From an uncultured Thiotrichales bacterium (GTDB lineage Bacteria; Pseudomonadota; Gammaproteobacteria; CAZUMV01), in assembly GCA_938041655.1 (NCBI GenBank), contig CALISW010000141.1, forward strand, positions 1 to 60,411: a stretch of 60,411 bases of DNA, in the 5' to 3' direction. The translations under genes and the position numbers were made by a program. The notes beneath the pieces are model-generated. The model saw only the letters and a list, made by a program, of their open reading frames with translations. It had not been told where the DNA came from and searched no databases. This document shows positions 57,505 through 60,411 of the stretch, piece by piece (within the stretch, counting starts at the first letter, position 1; each line of letters begins with the position of its first letter).

Positions 57505-57505
57505 G

Positions 57506-59338
57506 CTACTCTGCCGCCTCGCTTTCCAATTCTGGTTCAGACCCATCCACAAATAGATCAGCTTGGCCATGATGTTTACTATCAGCCTCGTGCACCACAT
57601 GAAGAGTACGCTGAGGATATGGTATTTCCCAAGCATACTTGCTACTCGCATCAACACACCATCTTTGCATGGCACGCTTGATGCGGTTATAAAATGGCGC
57701 TTGAGAACCGTCGACATCCATGATCACGGTTATATCCAGTGAGGAGTCTCCCATACCTTCAAATTCAACCATCAAATTACTGATGTGTGGCTCATAACCT
57801 TCATCAATTAACTTTTGCTTGATGAAGCGTTTCAAAGAACCCAACACTTTGTTCGTACTATCATGTTGATGATTGTAGCTAATGCCTAGCGTCTCTTTCA
57901 AACGGAAGGATGTTGAAATATTGAGTGGACTCAAGTCTAGAAATTTCTGCATCGGATAGGTACGAGTGGAAGAACCGCGGTCATTTATATCAACAAACTC
58001 AACAGAAATAGCACTTATTTCACCACGATATCCATCAGAGAGAATAACCCAGTCACCTTTTTTACAGGGAAACCACGACTCTGATGTCTGTATCGGTTTT
58101 GAGGTCAGTCCAAGCAGATCTTCGACCGGTACTCGTAAACGAAGTTTGTTCTCAGGATTTTCAAGTTCCGAGAATATATTCAGACTTTTAACCCGCCAAG
58201 GCAAGCCCGAATAGTTTATTCTCTCACCTTCTCTTACCGCACCTATGTTTAACAGCAAACGGCCTTGTCTCCACATATTGGGGATGACATTACGTAATGA
58301 CCAAAGCACGCCGAATGCGATCAACAAACCAATACTGAACATAACCCAGTCTTCGAACATATAGAAGATCACCAGAGGCGCCAATGAAGCCATCATTACC
58401 GACGTAGCCTTGTATGCCAGATCAAATAAGCGGGCATTGAAACTTCTAGTACCATCCGCAAAAAATGGTAATTTGATAATACCGCGATAGAGAAAATTAC
58501 AAATTAACAGGACGATGAAAAATGAGAATAAGCCAAGCAAACAATACAAGCCGCGTGTTTGGAAAAAGTGCTTGAGATTCAATCCAAATTTATCACCAAC
58601 CGATAACTTCTCAGCCTCATGCTGCTGTAATTGCAGTTGTGATGCCTTCAGGTTCGACGACATTTCTAACTGCTGATTTTCCCAACGTGTCAGTAACTCG
58701 GTAAGCCGCGCACGACTTTCTTCATTAATATCACGCTCCAACCAGATGCCGAGGTTTTCAACTGCGCGGTCTGCTTGGGCTAGCGTTAACTCATAGTTAT
58801 TTATGTCTTCTACAATATCGGCTTTGACACGTATGCCTTCTGTCGATTGCAACAAAGCCTTGAATAAAGGATCAATTAATAGCTGAAGGTTCTGGGTGAA
58901 ATTCAGGTTTTCTGTTGTTTCGCTGTTTAAGGATAAATTAACGCCGGTAGCAATCTCTTCAAAGCGTGATTCATTGGCAGTGATCTGTTGCTCCAGTATC
59001 GTAATCTGTGCTCGCAGACGATCTTGCTCTGGCTCCGAAACCGAACGACGCAAATCATACTCTGCCTGGTTGCGACTTTCCTCAAGACGCATATGCAACT
59101 CAATAAAATCTTCCAGAGTCTCAACGCCCAGGACTTTCAACTTTTCCTGAATGAGCGAATCAACCTTTCTGGCAGGACTGACGATTTCCTCGAGCACACC
59201 AAAAACTGATGAATCGGGCTCATCCACTTCATCTACAACAGGTGTTGCCTGCGGCGTAAGCTCGTCTTCAGCCAGCACATAAGCGCTAGCTGCCAGGAGC
59301 AAAATGAAGATAGATAAATTTAAACGATGACGCAGCAT
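57506..59338 (-). CDS. Mechanosensitive (MscS-family-like) channel with N-terminal periplasmic coiled-coil domain
   Basis: Signal peptide, long coiled-coil, three or more TM spans, then GDWVILSDGYRGEISAISVEFVDINDRGSSTRTYPMQKF, which resembles the MscS beta-domain signature. Confidence 0.55.
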   Translation of the reverse strand: MLRHRLNLSIFILLLAASAYVLAEDELTPQATPVVDEVDEPDSSVFGVLEEIVSPARKVDSLIQEKLKVLGVETLEDFIELHMRLEESRNQAEYDLRRSVSEPEQDRLRAQITILEQQITANESRFEEIATGVNLSLNSETTENLNFTQNLQLLIDPLFKALLQSTEGIRVKADIVEDINNYELTLAQADRAVENLGIWLERDINEESRARLTELLTRWENQQLEMSSNLKASQLQLQQHEAEKLSVGDKFGLNLKHFFQTRGLYCLLGLFSFFIVLLICNFLYRGIIKLPFFADGTRSFNARLFDLAYKATSVMMASLAPLVIFYMFEDWVMFSIGLLIAFGVLWSLRNVIPNMWRQGRLLLNIGAVREGERINYSGLPWRVKSLNIFSELENPENKLRLRVPVEDLLGLTSKPIQTSESWFPCKKGDWVILSDGYRGEISAISVEFVDINDRGSSTRTYPMQKFLDLSPLNISTSFRLKETLGISYNHQHDSTNKVLGSLKRFIKQKLIDEGYEPHISNLMVEFEGMGDSSLDITVIMDVDGSQAPFYNRIKRAMQRWCVDASSKYAWEIPYPQRTLHVVHEADSKHHGQADLFVDGSEPELESEAAE

Positions 59339-59471
59339 TCACTTTTTCCTTGTGTTACCCGAAATATAATAAGACTTTACACAGGGTAAAGCACTTATAT
59401 TATTGATATACGTAGGAATTAGTGATCAAGATCAAGTTGTCTGGGAGGTAAGGTAATCGACAGAACGACAC

Positions 59472-60305
59472 TCAGAAATATCTTCTGACCAAGACAGCCA
59501 GACCCAGTATGCCAAACCAGGAAAGACCAACTCCTGAAGCGCGGTTTTCGCGAAGTATGCGATTACGTTCTTCCTGCTCAGCTCGAATCCTCTCCTGCTC
59601 CTCAAGAAACTCTACAATCAGTGTATTTTCAGTTAAATCGAGAGCTGCTGCAGTATCAACAGCAGCATCCGTTACAGCCACTGCATTCACAATGACCAGA
59701 TTGGTGTCATTCAAGAGAGTGAGATCATTGGTCGGATCATCGGCAGAATACTCTCTCAAAGGAATTTCTGCGAAGGGCGATTCAAATGCGAATATCGATA
59801 ACGCCGCAATAGCATCTACCACATCCATGCCATCTCCTACCACTTCGCCAAATACGGTAAAGCCTCCATTAGATGCATCAAGGCTGGCACTATTATCGAC
59901 CAGATTGATGAACCATTGGCTGGTGGCGCTATCTGCATCACCATCAATTTTTGCCATAGCGATAGTGCCACGCAAATTAGAAAACTCAGGCTCATTGACT
60001 ACGGGATCATTAGTTTCAATATCAATAATCGGGGTGATGCTGTCATAGACAAAGCCGCCACCCTGAATAACAAAATTGTTAACCGAGCGATGGAAAATAG
60101 AATTGGTGTAATCAGAATTGTTCACATAGGCTAAAAAATTTGCAACAGTTTCAGGGGTCGCCTCGTCGGTCAGGTTAACTTCGAAACTACCCAGCACCGT
60201 CTGGAACTCAACTGTGGTAGCAGAGGCCACTCCCGGTAAAACAGTCCCTATAGCCAGAAATGTTGTAACAATCGCTGTTTGAGAAATTTTTCTGATTTTT
60301 TGCAC
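59472..60305 (-). CDS. Secreted cyclophilin-type peptidyl-prolyl isomerase with C-terminal membrane-anchor/sorting tail
   Basis: Signal peptide. FHRSVNNFVIQGGGF, TIAMAK and SQWFINL cyclophilin motifs. C-terminus reads SGVGLSWFGILGLAVLVRRYF. Confidence 0.85.
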   Translation of the reverse strand: MQKIRKISQTAIVTTFLAIGTVLPGVASATTVEFQTVLGSFEVNLTDEATPETVANFLAYVNNSDYTNSIFHRSVNNFVIQGGGFVYDSITPIIDIETNDPVVNEPEFSNLRGTIAMAKIDGDADSATSQWFINLVDNSASLDASNGGFTVFGEVVGDGMDVVDAIAALSIFAFESPFAEIPLREYSADDPTNDLTLLNDTNLVIVNAVAVTDAAVDTAAALDLTENTLIVEFLEEQERIRAEQEERNRILRENRASGVGLSWFGILGLAVLVRRYF

Positions 60306-60411
60306 TGAAGACCCTTAACGTATTGTTTTCTAAATATACGACCAATTCTATCGCATTCCGTTCAAGATGAACTAATTTATTCGCCTCAATTGTGGACGAT
60401 CTGATTTCAAA

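Noticed and set aside
57247-57717. 156-aa minus-strand ORF across the ispG 3' end and the MscS-like gene
   Set aside because: It is out of frame with the 610-aa MscS-like ORF and antisense to ispG, so it is a shadow ORF.
59509-60048. 179-aa plus-strand ORF inside the cyclophilin gene
   Set aside because: It is antisense to a gene with clear cyclophilin motifs, and its Ser/Ala/Thr-rich translation is typical of an antisense frame.
1-60411. Mobile elements, CRISPR arrays, tRNA/rRNA genes, defence-system genes
   Set aside because: I saw no transposase, integrase or recombinase-like ORFs, no spaced direct-repeat arrays, and no cloverleaf-like or rRNA-like segments. The intergenic regions are all 226 nt or shorter and are accounted for by promoters and terminators.

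Overview
This is a compact, gene-dense chromosomal segment that looks like a marine-type Gammaproteobacterium (inference from gene content only). I support about 49 protein-coding genes. I saw no rRNA, tRNA, CRISPR array, transposase, integrase or phage genes.

Bases 1-29100 are a patchwork of catabolic operons:
- hydantoinase A/B
- dihydropyrimidinase-like amidohydrolase
- three family III CoA-transferases
- two HMG-CoA-lyase-like lyases
- MmgE/PrpD-family protein
- LeuC/LeuD-like hydro-lyase
- amidohydrolase_2
- SDR and flavoprotein
- a TonB-dependent receptor
- several proteins of unknown function

The strongest signal read directly from the DNA is a 24-bp palindrome, TAATGTTATA-N4-TATAACATTA. 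It recurs in six (possibly seven) promoter regions of this block, which implies one uncharacterised regulon. No plausible regulator for it is encoded in the window.

Bases 31829-44441 are an unusual efflux operon. One periplasmic adaptor is followed by three tandem ~1060-aa RND permease paralogs, then an MFS transporter and a translationally coupled MocA-like gene. There is no outer-membrane factor and no local regulator.

A seven-gene operon at 17650-23177 combines a His-loop membrane protein, two enzymes, and a cupin-like protein with an extreme His/Asp tail.

The rest of the window is mostly housekeeping or ordinary accessory genes: kbp, leuA, Lrp-family regulator, rimO, MATE, ispG, MscS-like channel, secreted peptidases and a cyclophilin. 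All functional calls rest on motif recognition by eye; no searches were run.
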